Positions 38,276 to 47,094 of a DNA stretch of 64,000 nt are shown piece by piece. Position 1 is the stretch's first letter. Every line of letters begins with the position of its first letter. The notes under the pieces were generated by a model. That model ran no database searches and was not told the origin of the DNA. It saw only the letters and a list, made by a program, of their open reading frames with translations. Position numbers and translations under genes: made by a program. The stretch comes from an uncultured Desulfobacula sp. (GTDB lineage: Bacteria > Desulfobacterota > Desulfobacteria > Desulfobacterales > Desulfobacteraceae). The stretch is taken from positions 7,480 to 71,479 of the forward strand of contig CAYOYY010000008.1 of the NCBI GenBank assembly GCA_964408295.1, read 5' to 3'.

Positions 38276-38990
38276 ATTCCACCCTCCTGTTTTGGGCTCT
38301 GTTTTCTTCTGATGTGTTCGGTACAAGCGGCATTACATCCCCATATCCAGTTGCCGTGAGCCTTGACGGGCTTATCCCCTTTGATATCAGATATTTTAAG
38401 ACAGTGGTGGCCCTGACAGCTGATAATTCCCAGTTGGAAGGGAAAACAGGGGTGGAAATGGGGACATCGTCTGTATGCCCCTTTATGTTGATGTTATAAT
38501 CAGGGTATTGTTTCAAAATTTTAATGATATTGTCGAAAATTGCAGCAGCATCTTTGTTCAGGGATGCAGATCCTGATTTAAAAAGGGCTTTGCCTTTTAC
38601 CCTCACAATGATTTTTCCGTCTTTCATCACAGTTGCAATATTTTCTGCCTGGCTGCCTGAATCGGCAAATTTTATAAGTTTGGTGAATAATTGCTTTTTT
38701 CGCGAATGAAGGCCTGTAATGTCTTCAATTGAAAACTGTCTTTCAGTATCCTGCCTGATATCAATAAATTCTTTGAGTTTTGCCGTTTGTCTGTTCTGAT
38801 CAAGCTTGATCTTGATATCCTCAACAGCATGGCGGTATTTTTCCTTTTCAAAGAATGAAAGAGCGTATAAAAGAACAAAAAATACCAGCAGGATTGTCAT
38901 GAGATCAGCATAGGTGACAAGCCATGAAGATTCATCCTCTTCCTGGATCAGCAGATCAGGTGTCATATTATTGTTGCCGGGCTGTTTCAT
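38244..38990 (-). CDS. motB: flagellar stator protein MotB/PomB (OmpA-like domain)
   Basis: WLVTYADLMTILLVFFVLL, GHTDD, SNWELSAVRA and NRRVEF. Confidence 0.9.
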   Translation of the reverse strand: MKQPGNNNMTPDLLIQEEDESSWLVTYADLMTILLVFFVLLYALSFFEKEKYRHAVEDIKIKLDQNRQTAKLKEFIDIRQDTERQFSIEDITGLHSRKKQLFTKLIKFADSGSQAENIATVMKDGKIIVRVKGKALFKSGSASLNKDAAAIFDNIIKILKQYPDYNINIKGHTDDVPISTPVFPSNWELSAVRATTVLKYLISKGISPSRLTATGYGDVMPLVPNTSEENRAQNRRVEFVLEKKEPAG

Positions 38991-39766
38991 TTTGTCTGTT
39001 TCAGATTCATTTTTCCCATGGGTTTGCGAAGCCTGGATGAGATAAAGCTGGACAGTTTTTCATAGATTATAACCGGGTTGTTATTGTTTATAATGGAAAT
39101 TGCGCCTTCAAGCTTGATTTCAAGGTTGATGGTCTCAATTATGGTCCTGGACCTCAGCTTGCCTGCAATGGGAAGAAAAAAAAGGGTGGAAAGCAGGGAG
39201 CCGTAAAATGTTGTCAGCAGTGCCACTGCCATTGCAGGGCCGATGTTGGAAGGGTTCTGAAGCCTGCTGAGCATCTGGACAAGCCCGATAAGGGTTCCAA
39301 GCATTCCAAATGCAGGCGCATAAAGGCCCATTTTCCTGAAAACATCCTGTACAATGAAATGACGCATCTGAAGAGACTTGATTTCAGTTGACAAAGCTGC
39401 CCTGATAACCTCCTCGGATGACCCGTCAGCAAGAAGGCCGCAGGCTTTTTTTAGAAAAAGTGAATCTGTTTTGATTTTTGCCAGCTCAAGCAGGCCCTGT
39501 CTTCTGCTGATGTGGCTGAGTTTTATCATGGTGGCAACTGCTTCATTGGGGTCTTCCTTGTCCTTGGAAAATACAAGATAGGCAGCCTTGAAAGCCGCAA
39601 TGACATCCCTGAACTGGAATGTGATCAGGGTTGTTGCAATGGTGCCGCCAAATACTATCATAAGTCCCTGGACATTGATGAAATTATAAAGATCTCCACC
39701 AAGGTAGATTGCACTGATGATTAATGAAAGCCCTGAGATAATACCTGTAAAAGATGCAATATCCAT
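38987..39766 (-). CDS. motA: flagellar stator protein MotA/PomA
   Basis: SRRQGLLEL, APAFGMLGTLIGLVQML and IGPAMAVALLTTFYG. Confidence 0.92.
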   Translation of the reverse strand: MDIASFTGIISGLSLIISAIYLGGDLYNFINVQGLMIVFGGTIATTLITFQFRDVIAAFKAAYLVFSKDKEDPNEAVATMIKLSHISRRQGLLELAKIKTDSLFLKKACGLLADGSSEEVIRAALSTEIKSLQMRHFIVQDVFRKMGLYAPAFGMLGTLIGLVQMLSRLQNPSNIGPAMAVALLTTFYGSLLSTLFFLPIAGKLRSRTIIETINLEIKLEGAISIINNNNPVIIYEKLSSFISSRLRKPMGKMNLKQTK

Positions 39767-39918
39767 ATCAGATTATTCTGTCCCCATAAAAATTCATAGC
39801 AGTAAAGCTGATTATCATGGTATGTTTTTCTGATCATGCTATATTATAATATTTTTCCGGTCAAGATTTACTTGGCCCTTTCAGAAAGCTTGAGCAGTAT
39901 ATATTTAAGGGTTCACAA

Positions 39919-41799
39919 ATGAAACACAGAAATGATTTTATTACAGGCCTGACTGTTCTTATGGCAGCAGCTTTTCTTGTTCTGTCCGGCTGTCAGGACA
40001 AAAATTGCAGTAAATCAGATGCAGATGAGAAACCACTTCAAAAAAAGATTGTGCATAAAAAAAGAATCACTCATGTTCTTCCTTCTGATATAAAATGGCT
40101 TACCAATGATACTGATCCTGTGTTTTCCTCTTTGAATGCGCACAAAGGCGGTATCATGCATTTTGCCCTTTCAAGCTTTCCCATGACGTTCAGGGTGGTG
40201 GGACCTGATTCCAACGGGTCGTTCAGAAGTGCAATACTTGACAATCAGCTTTCCCTTATCAATATCCATCCTGATACAGGCCGTATTCTTCCTGAACTTG
40301 CCACCCACTGGGCATTTGGCAGGGATAAAAAGACCATGTATTTCAAGCTTGACAGAAATGCAAAATGGTCGGACGGCGTGCCGGTTACAGCATGGGATTA
40401 TGCCTATACACTGAAGTTCATGCGCTCAAGGCATATCATAGCTCCCTGGTACAATGACTATTATACCAGGGAAATAGACAGTGTAATCGTATATGATGAT
40501 TATACAATAGGTGTAAAAAGCACAAAGGCTGTGCCTGATCTATATCTCAAGCTTGGCATTTCTCCAACTCCTGAGCATTATTACGGCACCCTTGATAAAA
40601 ATTTTGTCCGTGACTACAACTGGAAAATTGTTCCCAACACAGGAGCATACCAGATTTCTGAGTTTAAAAAGGGCAGGTATATAAAATTCAGACGCAAGAA
40701 AAACTGGTGGGCAGAAAATAAAAAATATTTTAAGAACCGTTTCAATGCAGACTATGTTGTGTTCAAGGTGATAAGGGATGAAAATCTTCAATGGGAATAT
40801 TTTAAAAAGGCAAGGCTTGATGTTTTCGGGCTTACCATTCCCAAATACTGGCATGAAAAATCAAAGATTCCCCTGTTTCAGAACGGATATATTGATAAGA
40901 TCTGGTTTTTTAATGACCATGAACGTTCAGCAAGGGGAATGTGGCTGAATCAGGACAAGGATATATTCAAGGACAGGAGGGTATGTTATGCCTTTGCCCA
41001 TGCCATGAATGTGCGCAAGGTCATAGACGAGGTTTTAAGAAAGGATTATTTCAGGCTCGACCAGGCCTTTGAAGGATATGGCGGATATACAGATACTTCA
41101 ATAAAGCCGAGGCCATATGATATTGCAAAGGTCAGGGCGCTGATGGAATCAGCAGGATGGCACAGGGGAAGGGACGGTATCTGGCACAAAGACAGAAAAA
41201 GATTTTCCGTCAAGGTTACTTATTCATATGAAGAACACACCCCAAGGCTTGTGGTTTTAAAGGAAGAAGCAAGAAAGGCAGGTGTGGAGCTTCTGCTTGA
41301 CAGGCTTGACCCTGCTGCAATGTTTAAAAAAATACTGGAAAAAAAGCATGATGTCGCCTGGATGGGATGGAGCACGAATCTGAGGCCTTCATACTGGCAG
41401 GGCTGGCATTCTGACAATGCCCACAAGCCCCAGACAAACAATATTACAAACACTGATGACCCTGAGCTTGATAAACTTATAAACAGGTACAGGGCAAGCC
41501 TGGATGAAAAAGAAAGAATGGCCCTGTCCCGCAGAATTCAGCGCAGGATTTATGAAACAGGCGCCTTTGTCCCCACTTTCATGATTCCCTATGTAAGGCA
41601 GGCATACTGGAGATGGGTAAAACTGCCTGAATTTCACGGCACAAAGCGCTCTGACAACCTGTTCGACCCTTTTTCCAGTACAACAGGAGGGCTTTTCTGG
41701 ATAAATCAGGAAGAAAAACAGAAAACACTCAAGGCACTTAAAACCGGCAGAACATTTGCTCCGGTTGTCATAGTGGATAAAAGATTTCAAAAGGACTGA
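39919..41799 (+). CDS. ABC transporter substrate-binding lipoprotein, family 5 (YejA-like peptide binder)
   Basis: Lipobox LSGC, AHKGG, AKWSDGVPVTA and NTGAY. Confidence 0.88.
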   Translation: MKHRNDFITGLTVLMAAAFLVLSGCQDKNCSKSDADEKPLQKKIVHKKRITHVLPSDIKWLTNDTDPVFSSLNAHKGGIMHFALSSFPMTFRVVGPDSNGSFRSAILDNQLSLINIHPDTGRILPELATHWAFGRDKKTMYFKLDRNAKWSDGVPVTAWDYAYTLKFMRSRHIIAPWYNDYYTREIDSVIVYDDYTIGVKSTKAVPDLYLKLGISPTPEHYYGTLDKNFVRDYNWKIVPNTGAYQISEFKKGRYIKFRRKKNWWAENKKYFKNRFNADYVVFKVIRDENLQWEYFKKARLDVFGLTIPKYWHEKSKIPLFQNGYIDKIWFFNDHERSARGMWLNQDKDIFKDRRVCYAFAHAMNVRKVIDEVLRKDYFRLDQAFEGYGGYTDTSIKPRPYDIAKVRALMESAGWHRGRDGIWHKDRKRFSVKVTYSYEEHTPRLVVLKEEARKAGVELLLDRLDPAAMFKKILEKKHDVAWMGWSTNLRPSYWQGWHSDNAHKPQTNNITNTDDPELDKLINRYRASLDEKERMALSRRIQRRIYETGAFVPTFMIPYVRQAYWRWVKLPEFHGTKRSDNLFDPFSSTTGGLFWINQEEKQKTLKALKTGRTFAPVVIVDKRFQKD

Positions 41800-41804
41800 T
41801 ATTT

Positions 41805-42818
41805 GTGAAAAACAATGTGATTCTGGATATAAAAGACCTTTGCGTTGAATTTGAGACCGAGTCCGGAATAATAAGGGCAGTGGATCATGTCGGGTTTCAG
41901 GTAAAAAAAGCTGAAACCCTGGGAATCGCAGGCGAATCAGGCTGCGGTAAAACAGTTACTGCCATGAGCATCTTAAGGCTTTTGCCAGTGCCTTTTGCAA
42001 AAATTGTAAAAGGCAGCGTGGTATTTGATGGTAAGGACATACTAAAACTGCCGTCCTCAGATCTTCACAGCATAAGGGGCAGAAAAATAGCCATGATTTT
42101 CCAGGAACCCATGACTGCCCTTAATCCTGTCCACAGCATAGGAAAACAGATAAAGGAGGTATATAAGCTGCATTTTCCTGACATGTCTTCTGAAACCATG
42201 TACAGAAACGGCCTTGACATGCTGGCAAAGGTGGGAATTCCTGACTGTGAGCATATAATGAAAAAATATCCCCACCAGCTTTCAGGGGGGATGCGCCAGA
42301 GAGTAATGATTGCAATGGCTCTGGCATGCAGGCCTGATATTCTGATAGCTGATGAACCCACCACAGCCCTTGATGTGACGGTTCAGGCGCAGATTCTTGA
42401 TCTTATCAATTCCCTTAGGGAAAAATATGGAATGTCAGTAATTTTAATCACTCATGATCTTGGGGTAATTGCTGAAAACTGCAATGATGTGATTATCATG
42501 TATGCAGGGCGTGTTGCAGAAAAGGCAGATGTGAAGACCCTGTTCAGGCACCCTGCACATCCCTATACAAGAGGACTTTTAACTTCCATTCCTTCACTTG
42601 CTCCTGTGCCTAAAACAATTCTGCCTTCAATTGATGGGACTGTTCCGGGCCTTGACCAGATGCCACGCGGATGCAGATTTGCACCAAGATGCCCTGATGC
42701 CATGGATGTCTGCACAGACAAGATTCCCATGGAATGTGCTGTGGGCCATGATCATATGATTGCCTGCCATCTTGCGAAAAGCCTTTATTGTCAAAAAAAC
42801 ACAAAAGATTTAAAATAA
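41805..42818 (+). CDS. oligopeptide/dipeptide ABC ATPase (OppD/DppD-like)
   Basis: GESGCGKT, YPHQLSGGMRQR, ADEPTTALD and C-terminal GCRFAPRC. Confidence 0.93.
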   Translation: MKNNVILDIKDLCVEFETESGIIRAVDHVGFQVKKAETLGIAGESGCGKTVTAMSILRLLPVPFAKIVKGSVVFDGKDILKLPSSDLHSIRGRKIAMIFQEPMTALNPVHSIGKQIKEVYKLHFPDMSSETMYRNGLDMLAKVGIPDCEHIMKKYPHQLSGGMRQRVMIAMALACRPDILIADEPTTALDVTVQAQILDLINSLREKYGMSVILITHDLGVIAENCNDVIIMYAGRVAEKADVKTLFRHPAHPYTRGLLTSIPSLAPVPKTILPSIDGTVPGLDQMPRGCRFAPRCPDAMDVCTDKIPMECAVGHDHMIACHLAKSLYCQKNTKDLK

Positions 42819-42855
42819 TACTTGATTTTTTATTTTAAACTCAATAATACTCAAG

Positions 42856-42921
42856 AAAGCCTGTTAGAGTAAGGCTTTGCAGTTTCGTTCTAAAGGGAAG
42901 ACCCATTTGTTAGAGTGGCAA
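42856..42921 (+). promoter_or_regulatory. structured 5' leader of the cold-shock gene
   Basis: Hairpin AAAGCC..GGCTTT (42856-42878) and nested stem TTGC/GCAA, TCTAA/TTAGA, GGG/CCC (42877-42921). Confidence 0.45.
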
Positions 42922-42975
42922 GACCTGAAGTTTGAAACTAATGTTAATTTAATTAATTGTAAGGAGAAAGTCACA

Positions 42976-43176
42976 ATGGCAAATGGGATTGTAAAATGGT
43001 TCAACGATTCAAAAGGTTTTGGATTTATTGAGCAGGAAAACGGACCGGACGTATTTGTTCATCATTCAGGCATCAATGCAACCGGCTTTAAATCGCTTAA
43101 TGAAGGCGACAAAGTCACTTTTGATGTGGAAGAAGGACAGAAAGGACCGGCCGCAGTCAATGTAACCGTCCAATAA
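42976..43176 (+). CDS. cold-shock protein (CspA family), 66 aa
   Basis: [15 protein letters not shown] (RNP1), VFVHHS (RNP2) and [19 protein letters not shown]. Confidence 0.97.
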   Translation: MANGIVKWFNDSKGFGFIEQENGPDVFVHHSGINATGFKSLNEGDKVTFDVEEGQKGPAAVNVTVQ

Positions 43177-43185
43177 GTCTTTTTA

Positions 43186-43228
43186 AAAAGGGGCTTTCTT
43201 TACTTGAATGTAGAGCAAGCCCTTTTTT
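43186..43228 (+). terminator. terminator-like hairpin after the csp gene
   Basis: AAAAGGGGCTT...AAGCCCTTTTTT inverted repeat ending in a T run. Confidence 0.65.
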
Positions 43229-43236
43229 CATGTCCA

Positions 43237-44223
43237 ATGGCATTTCTTAAAGTAAAAAATCTTAAAAAATATTTTCCAGTTACCCACGGCGTATTTCAGC
43301 GCCGCAAAGGATGGGTATATGCTGTTGATGACATAAGTTTCTGTCTTGACAGGGGAAAGACCCTTGGCATCGTAGGAGAATCAGGCTGCGGCAAGACAAC
43401 TCTTGGAAGATGTATAATGGGGCTTTATCCCCTGACCTCAGGCGAGGTGCTGCTGGAGGGAAAAGCTGTTTCAGGGCCGGGTTCCGTCAATATCAGACAG
43501 CTTTCGCGTAAAATGCAGATGATATTTCAGGATCCCTTTGAATCCCTTGATCCGCGACAGACTGTGGGGGAAATCCTCAAGGAAAAATATATAATTCATG
43601 GCAGAAAACATAAGGATCTTGATAAAACAGTTTCCGACCTTGCCTGCCGTGCAGGACTGGACAGACAGTCTCTGCTGAAATTTCCCCATGAGTTTTCAGG
43701 AGGGCAGCGTCAGAGAATCGGAATTGCAAGGGCAATCAGCATGGATCCTGAGATCATAATATGTGATGAGCCTGTATCTGCCCTGGATGTGTCTGTGCAG
43801 TCAAAAATTCTGAATCTTCTGCTTGAGCTTCAGCAGCAGATGGGCCTTACCTATATTTTTATCTCGCATGACCTGTCTGTTGTCAGGCATGTTGCAGACA
43901 AAATTGCTGTAATGTATCTTGGCAAAATTGTTGAGATGGCTGACACGGACGATATCTACAATCATGCCAGGCACCCTTATACCCGTGCGCTTTTATCTGC
44001 CATTCCCGTGCCTGATCCTGAAGCATGCAGGGACAGGATTATTTTAAAGGGAGAACTGCCTTCTGTTGAAAATCCTCCGGCAGGGTGCAGATTCAACACC
44101 CGGTGTGATAAAGCACAGGATATCTGCCGTGCCAGGGAACCTGTTCTGCTGGCATGCAGGGACAATCCAGGCCACATGACTGCCTGCCATTTCCCGGTGG
44201 ATCAGGGCAATAAACAGTCTTGA
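43237..44223 (+). CDS. oligopeptide/dipeptide ABC ATPase (OppF/DppF-like)
   Basis: GESGCGKTT, FPHEFSGGQRQRIGIARA, CDEPVSALDVS and GCRFNTRC. Start at ATG 43237. Confidence 0.93.
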   Translation: MAFLKVKNLKKYFPVTHGVFQRRKGWVYAVDDISFCLDRGKTLGIVGESGCGKTTLGRCIMGLYPLTSGEVLLEGKAVSGPGSVNIRQLSRKMQMIFQDPFESLDPRQTVGEILKEKYIIHGRKHKDLDKTVSDLACRAGLDRQSLLKFPHEFSGGQRQRIGIARAISMDPEIIICDEPVSALDVSVQSKILNLLLELQQQMGLTYIFISHDLSVVRHVADKIAVMYLGKIVEMADTDDIYNHARHPYTRALLSAIPVPDPEACRDRIILKGELPSVENPPAGCRFNTRCDKAQDICRAREPVLLACRDNPGHMTACHFPVDQGNKQS

Positions 44224-44247
44224 CAAAATAAAACCAGTGAATATCTT
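44220..44247 (+). promoter_or_regulatory. possible sigma70 promoter upstream of the leader ORF and ino1
   Basis: TTGACA-N16-TATCTT; an alternative extended -10 (TGTGATAAT) lies at 44262-44270. Confidence 0.35.
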
Positions 44248-44313
44248 ATCTCAGCCCGATTTGTGATAATTTTGATTTTGGAATTTGAATAGTTTTTTTA
44301 AATGGAGGCAGTA

Positions 44314-44421
44314 ATGAAATTTAAAAAAATTATGATTCAGAAAAAATCATTTAATAAAAATTCTCAATTCATTGTATCAGGTCGCAAGCTTTTCCTGCCG
44401 GATCATCCCATCCCCTTATAA
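44314..44421 (+). CDS. putative 35-aa leader peptide MKFKKIMIQKKSFNKNSQFIVSGRKLFLPDHPIPL upstream of ino1
   Basis: Read by hand. GGAGG 5 nt before ATG, open to TAA at 44421, followed by a weak stem and T-rich tract before the ino1 RBS. Confidence 0.5.
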   Translation: MKFKKIMIQKKSFNKNSQFIVSGRKLFLPDHPIPL

Positions 44422-44546
44422 CCTGTAAATTTCAGCTGTTTTGTCAGTATATAAATTGCATGCAGGCCTGAACCGTGCAGATTCTTCAGCTCTGATGTCA
44501 GGCTCTGTCTTTGTTTTCATAATAATATTTCTGGAGGTATATAATT

Positions 44547-45683
44547 ATGAATAAAATCAAAATTGCTGTTGTTGGTATGGGTAATTGTGCAAGCTCTCTT
44601 ATTCAGGGTATTTATTATTACCGGGATAAAAGCCGGGAAGACGCCATAGGGCTTATGCACTGGAACATAGGCGGGTTCAGGCCAATGGATATTGAAGTGG
44701 TTGCCGCATTTGACATTGACAGGCGCAAGGTGGGTCTTGATGTGCGTGATGCCATTTTTGCACCTCCGAACTGCACCACAGTGTTCTGCAATGACATTCC
44801 TGCAACCGGCACGATTGTCAGAATGGGAAAAATTCTTGACGGATTTTCAGAGCATATGAAGGATTATCCTGACAGACATACCTTTCTGCCTGCTGACAAT
44901 CCAGAGCCCTCCAAAAAAGAGGTTGTAAGCATACTTAAAAACTGCGGTGCCGAAGTTCTCATGAATTATCTTCCCGTGGGTTCTGAAAAGGCTTCGCGTT
45001 TTTATGCTGAATGCGCGCTTGAGGCAGGTGTGGCATTTGTCAATAATATTCCTGTATTCATTGCAAGTGATCCGGAATGGGCAAAACGCTTTGAGCAGAA
45101 AAATCTTCCCATAATAGGTGATGACATAAAAGCACAGCTTGGAGCCACAATTACACACAGGGCTTTGACCGATCTGTTTGCAAAACGCGGAGTCAAACTG
45201 GAAAGAACCTATCAGCTTAACACAGGAGGCAATACAGATTTCCTCAACATGCTGAACCGCACAAGGCTTGCTTCAAAGAAGGAGTCCAAAACCGAAGCTG
45301 TTCAGGCTGTTGCCGCTTCCAGGCTTGAAGATGACAATATCCATGTGGGCCCGAGCGACTATGTGGCATGGCAGAAGGATAACAAGATATGCTTTATCCG
45401 CATGGAGGGCAGATTATTCGGCGATGTGCCCATGAATCTTGAGCTGAGGCTTTCCGTGGAAGATTCTCCCAATTCTGCCGGGGTGGCAATTGATTCAATC
45501 CGCTGTGCAAAGCTTGCCCTTGACCGGGGCATTGGCGGAGTTCTTACCGGTCCTTCCTCATATCTGTGCAAGCATCCCCCTGTGCAGTACACAGATGCCA
45601 TGGCATATATGGAAACAGAAAAGTTCATTGAAAACGCAGGCGCAGATGCAGGTGAACTGAAAAAGGAAAATGCAGCAGCATAA
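44547..45683 (+). CDS. ino1: myo-inositol-1-phosphate synthase (bacterial/archaeal type)
   Basis: GMGNCASSLIQG, NYLPVGSE, IGDDIKAQLGAT, YQLNTGGNTDFLNM, HVGPSDYV and VEDSPNSAG. Confidence 0.95.
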   Translation: MNKIKIAVVGMGNCASSLIQGIYYYRDKSREDAIGLMHWNIGGFRPMDIEVVAAFDIDRRKVGLDVRDAIFAPPNCTTVFCNDIPATGTIVRMGKILDGFSEHMKDYPDRHTFLPADNPEPSKKEVVSILKNCGAEVLMNYLPVGSEKASRFYAECALEAGVAFVNNIPVFIASDPEWAKRFEQKNLPIIGDDIKAQLGATITHRALTDLFAKRGVKLERTYQLNTGGNTDFLNMLNRTRLASKKESKTEAVQAVAASRLEDDNIHVGPSDYVAWQKDNKICFIRMEGRLFGDVPMNLELRLSVEDSPNSAGVAIDSIRCAKLALDRGIGGVLTGPSSYLCKHPPVQYTDAMAYMETEKFIENAGADAGELKKENAAA

Positions 45684-45696
45684 TTGATATGCAGAA

Positions 45697-45739
45697 AAAA
45701 CCCGGACTGCGGGATATATTGTCCTGCACTCCGGGTTTT
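45697..45739 (+). terminator. strong intergenic hairpin between ino1 and the IPCT/DIPPS gene
   Basis: AAAACCCGGA / TCCGGGTTTT outer stem plus TGCGGGAT / GTCCTGCA inner stem. Confidence 0.6.
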
Positions 45740-45774
45740 CCCTGCAAAAATGTGATTCAGGGGTATTTAAATTC

Positions 45775-47094
45775 ATGAAAGGGTTGATCATTGCAGCAGG
45801 AAAGGGAAGCCGTCTCAGAAAGATAAGCGCAGACAGGCCAAAGCCGTTGACGCCTGTAATGGGGGTTCCTCTTATTGAACGCATTATAAGAACTGCCCTG
45901 GATGGCGGTATTGACAAATTGTATGTGGTTACCGGATATATGGCTGACACGCTGGAAAAATTTCTTGAACAGCTTGAAAAGCGACTGAATACAGATATTA
46001 CCATTATAAGAAACAATGACTGGCATGAAGAAAACGGTGTTTCTGTTCTGAAGGCCAGACAGAAAATCACAGAACCGTTTTTTCTCATGATGGGTGATCA
46101 TCTTTTTGATTCCAGGACGATCAAAGCTCTGGGTGAAAAAAAATTAAAGGAAAACGAAGTAATCCTTGCTGTGGATACTGACCTTGAAAGCCCGTTTACA
46201 GATATGGATGATGCAACAAAGGTTCTGTGTGAAAACGGCTGTATCCTTGATATTGGCAAGGAGATTGAAAAATTCAATGCCATTGATACCGGCCTGTTTC
46301 TATGCTCTCCTGCCCTGTTTGACGCACTTGAACATTCAATAAGGCAGGGAAGCGGCACAGCTCTTACGGCTGCATTGCGCATGATGGCTGAAAAGGGGCA
46401 GGTGAAATGCTGCGATATCAAAGGGCCGTGGATTGATGTTGATGATGAGGCAGCCTATGAAAGAGCTGAAAAGATGCTGCTCTCATCTGTCTGCGGAAAA
46501 CCCGGAGACGGCCCTGTTTCCAGATGGGTGAACCGTCCATTGTCCTCAAGGCTGTCCTGTTTTCTGGTCAGATATGATATTACGCCCAGCCAGATATCTG
46601 TTTTTTCATTTTTAATGTCAGTTGTTGCAGCAGTCATGATGGGAGTGCCGGGCAGGGAATTTCTTGCAGCCGGTGGAATTCTTGCCCAGGCTGCATCTGT
46701 TATTGACGGGTGTGACGGAGAAGTGGCAAGGCTTAAGTATCTGTCTTCGGAATATGGGGGCTGGCTTGATGCAGTGCTGGACAGGTATGCTGACGGCTTT
46801 GTCCTTGCCGGTCTGACTTTTAATGCGTTTTTGTCTTCTGCCATGCCGTATTGGGTGCTGTTTGCAGGTTTTATGGCCATCACAGGCTCATTTGTACTCA
46901 GCTATACAGCAGATAAATATGACAGGCTCATGAAAGAACGCATACAGAAACGTACAATCAGAATAGGCCGCGATATCAGGGTTTTTATTGTTTTTTCAGG
47001 CGCAGTCTTAAACATGGCCTTTGCTGCCCTGATTCTGATGGCTGTAATCATGAATGCCGCAACAATACATCGTATCATTATATGCAGAAAATGA
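45775..47094 (+). CDS. bifunctional inositol-1-phosphate cytidylyltransferase / CDP-alcohol phosphotransferase (IPCT/DIPPS-like)
   Basis: N-terminal IIAAGKGSRL..PKPL, MGDH and WIDVD; linker GDGPVSRWVNR; CDP-alcohol motif DGCDGEVAR..GGWLDAVLD; directly downstream of ino1. Confidence 0.88.
   Translation: MKGLIIAAGKGSRLRKISADRPKPLTPVMGVPLIERIIRTALDGGIDKLYVVTGYMADTLEKFLEQLEKRLNTDITIIRNNDWHEENGVSVLKARQKITEPFFLMMGDHLFDSRTIKALGEKKLKENEVILAVDTDLESPFTDMDDATKVLCENGCILDIGKEIEKFNAIDTGLFLCSPALFDALEHSIRQGSGTALTAALRMMAEKGQVKCCDIKGPWIDVDDEAAYERAEKMLLSSVCGKPGDGPVSRWVNRPLSSRLSCFLVRYDITPSQISVFSFLMSVVAAVMMGVPGREFLAAGGILAQAASVIDGCDGEVARLKYLSSEYGGWLDAVLDRYADGFVLAGLTFNAFLSSAMPYWVLFAGFMAITGSFVLSYTADKYDRLMKERIQKRTIRIGRDIRVFIVFSGAVLNMAFAALILMAVIMNAATIHRIIICRK

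Noticed and set aside
38244..39766. MotAB as a Zorya (ZorAB) defence motor
   Set aside because: MotA is canonical length with no long cytoplasmic tail, and there are no zorC/D/E-like neighbours.
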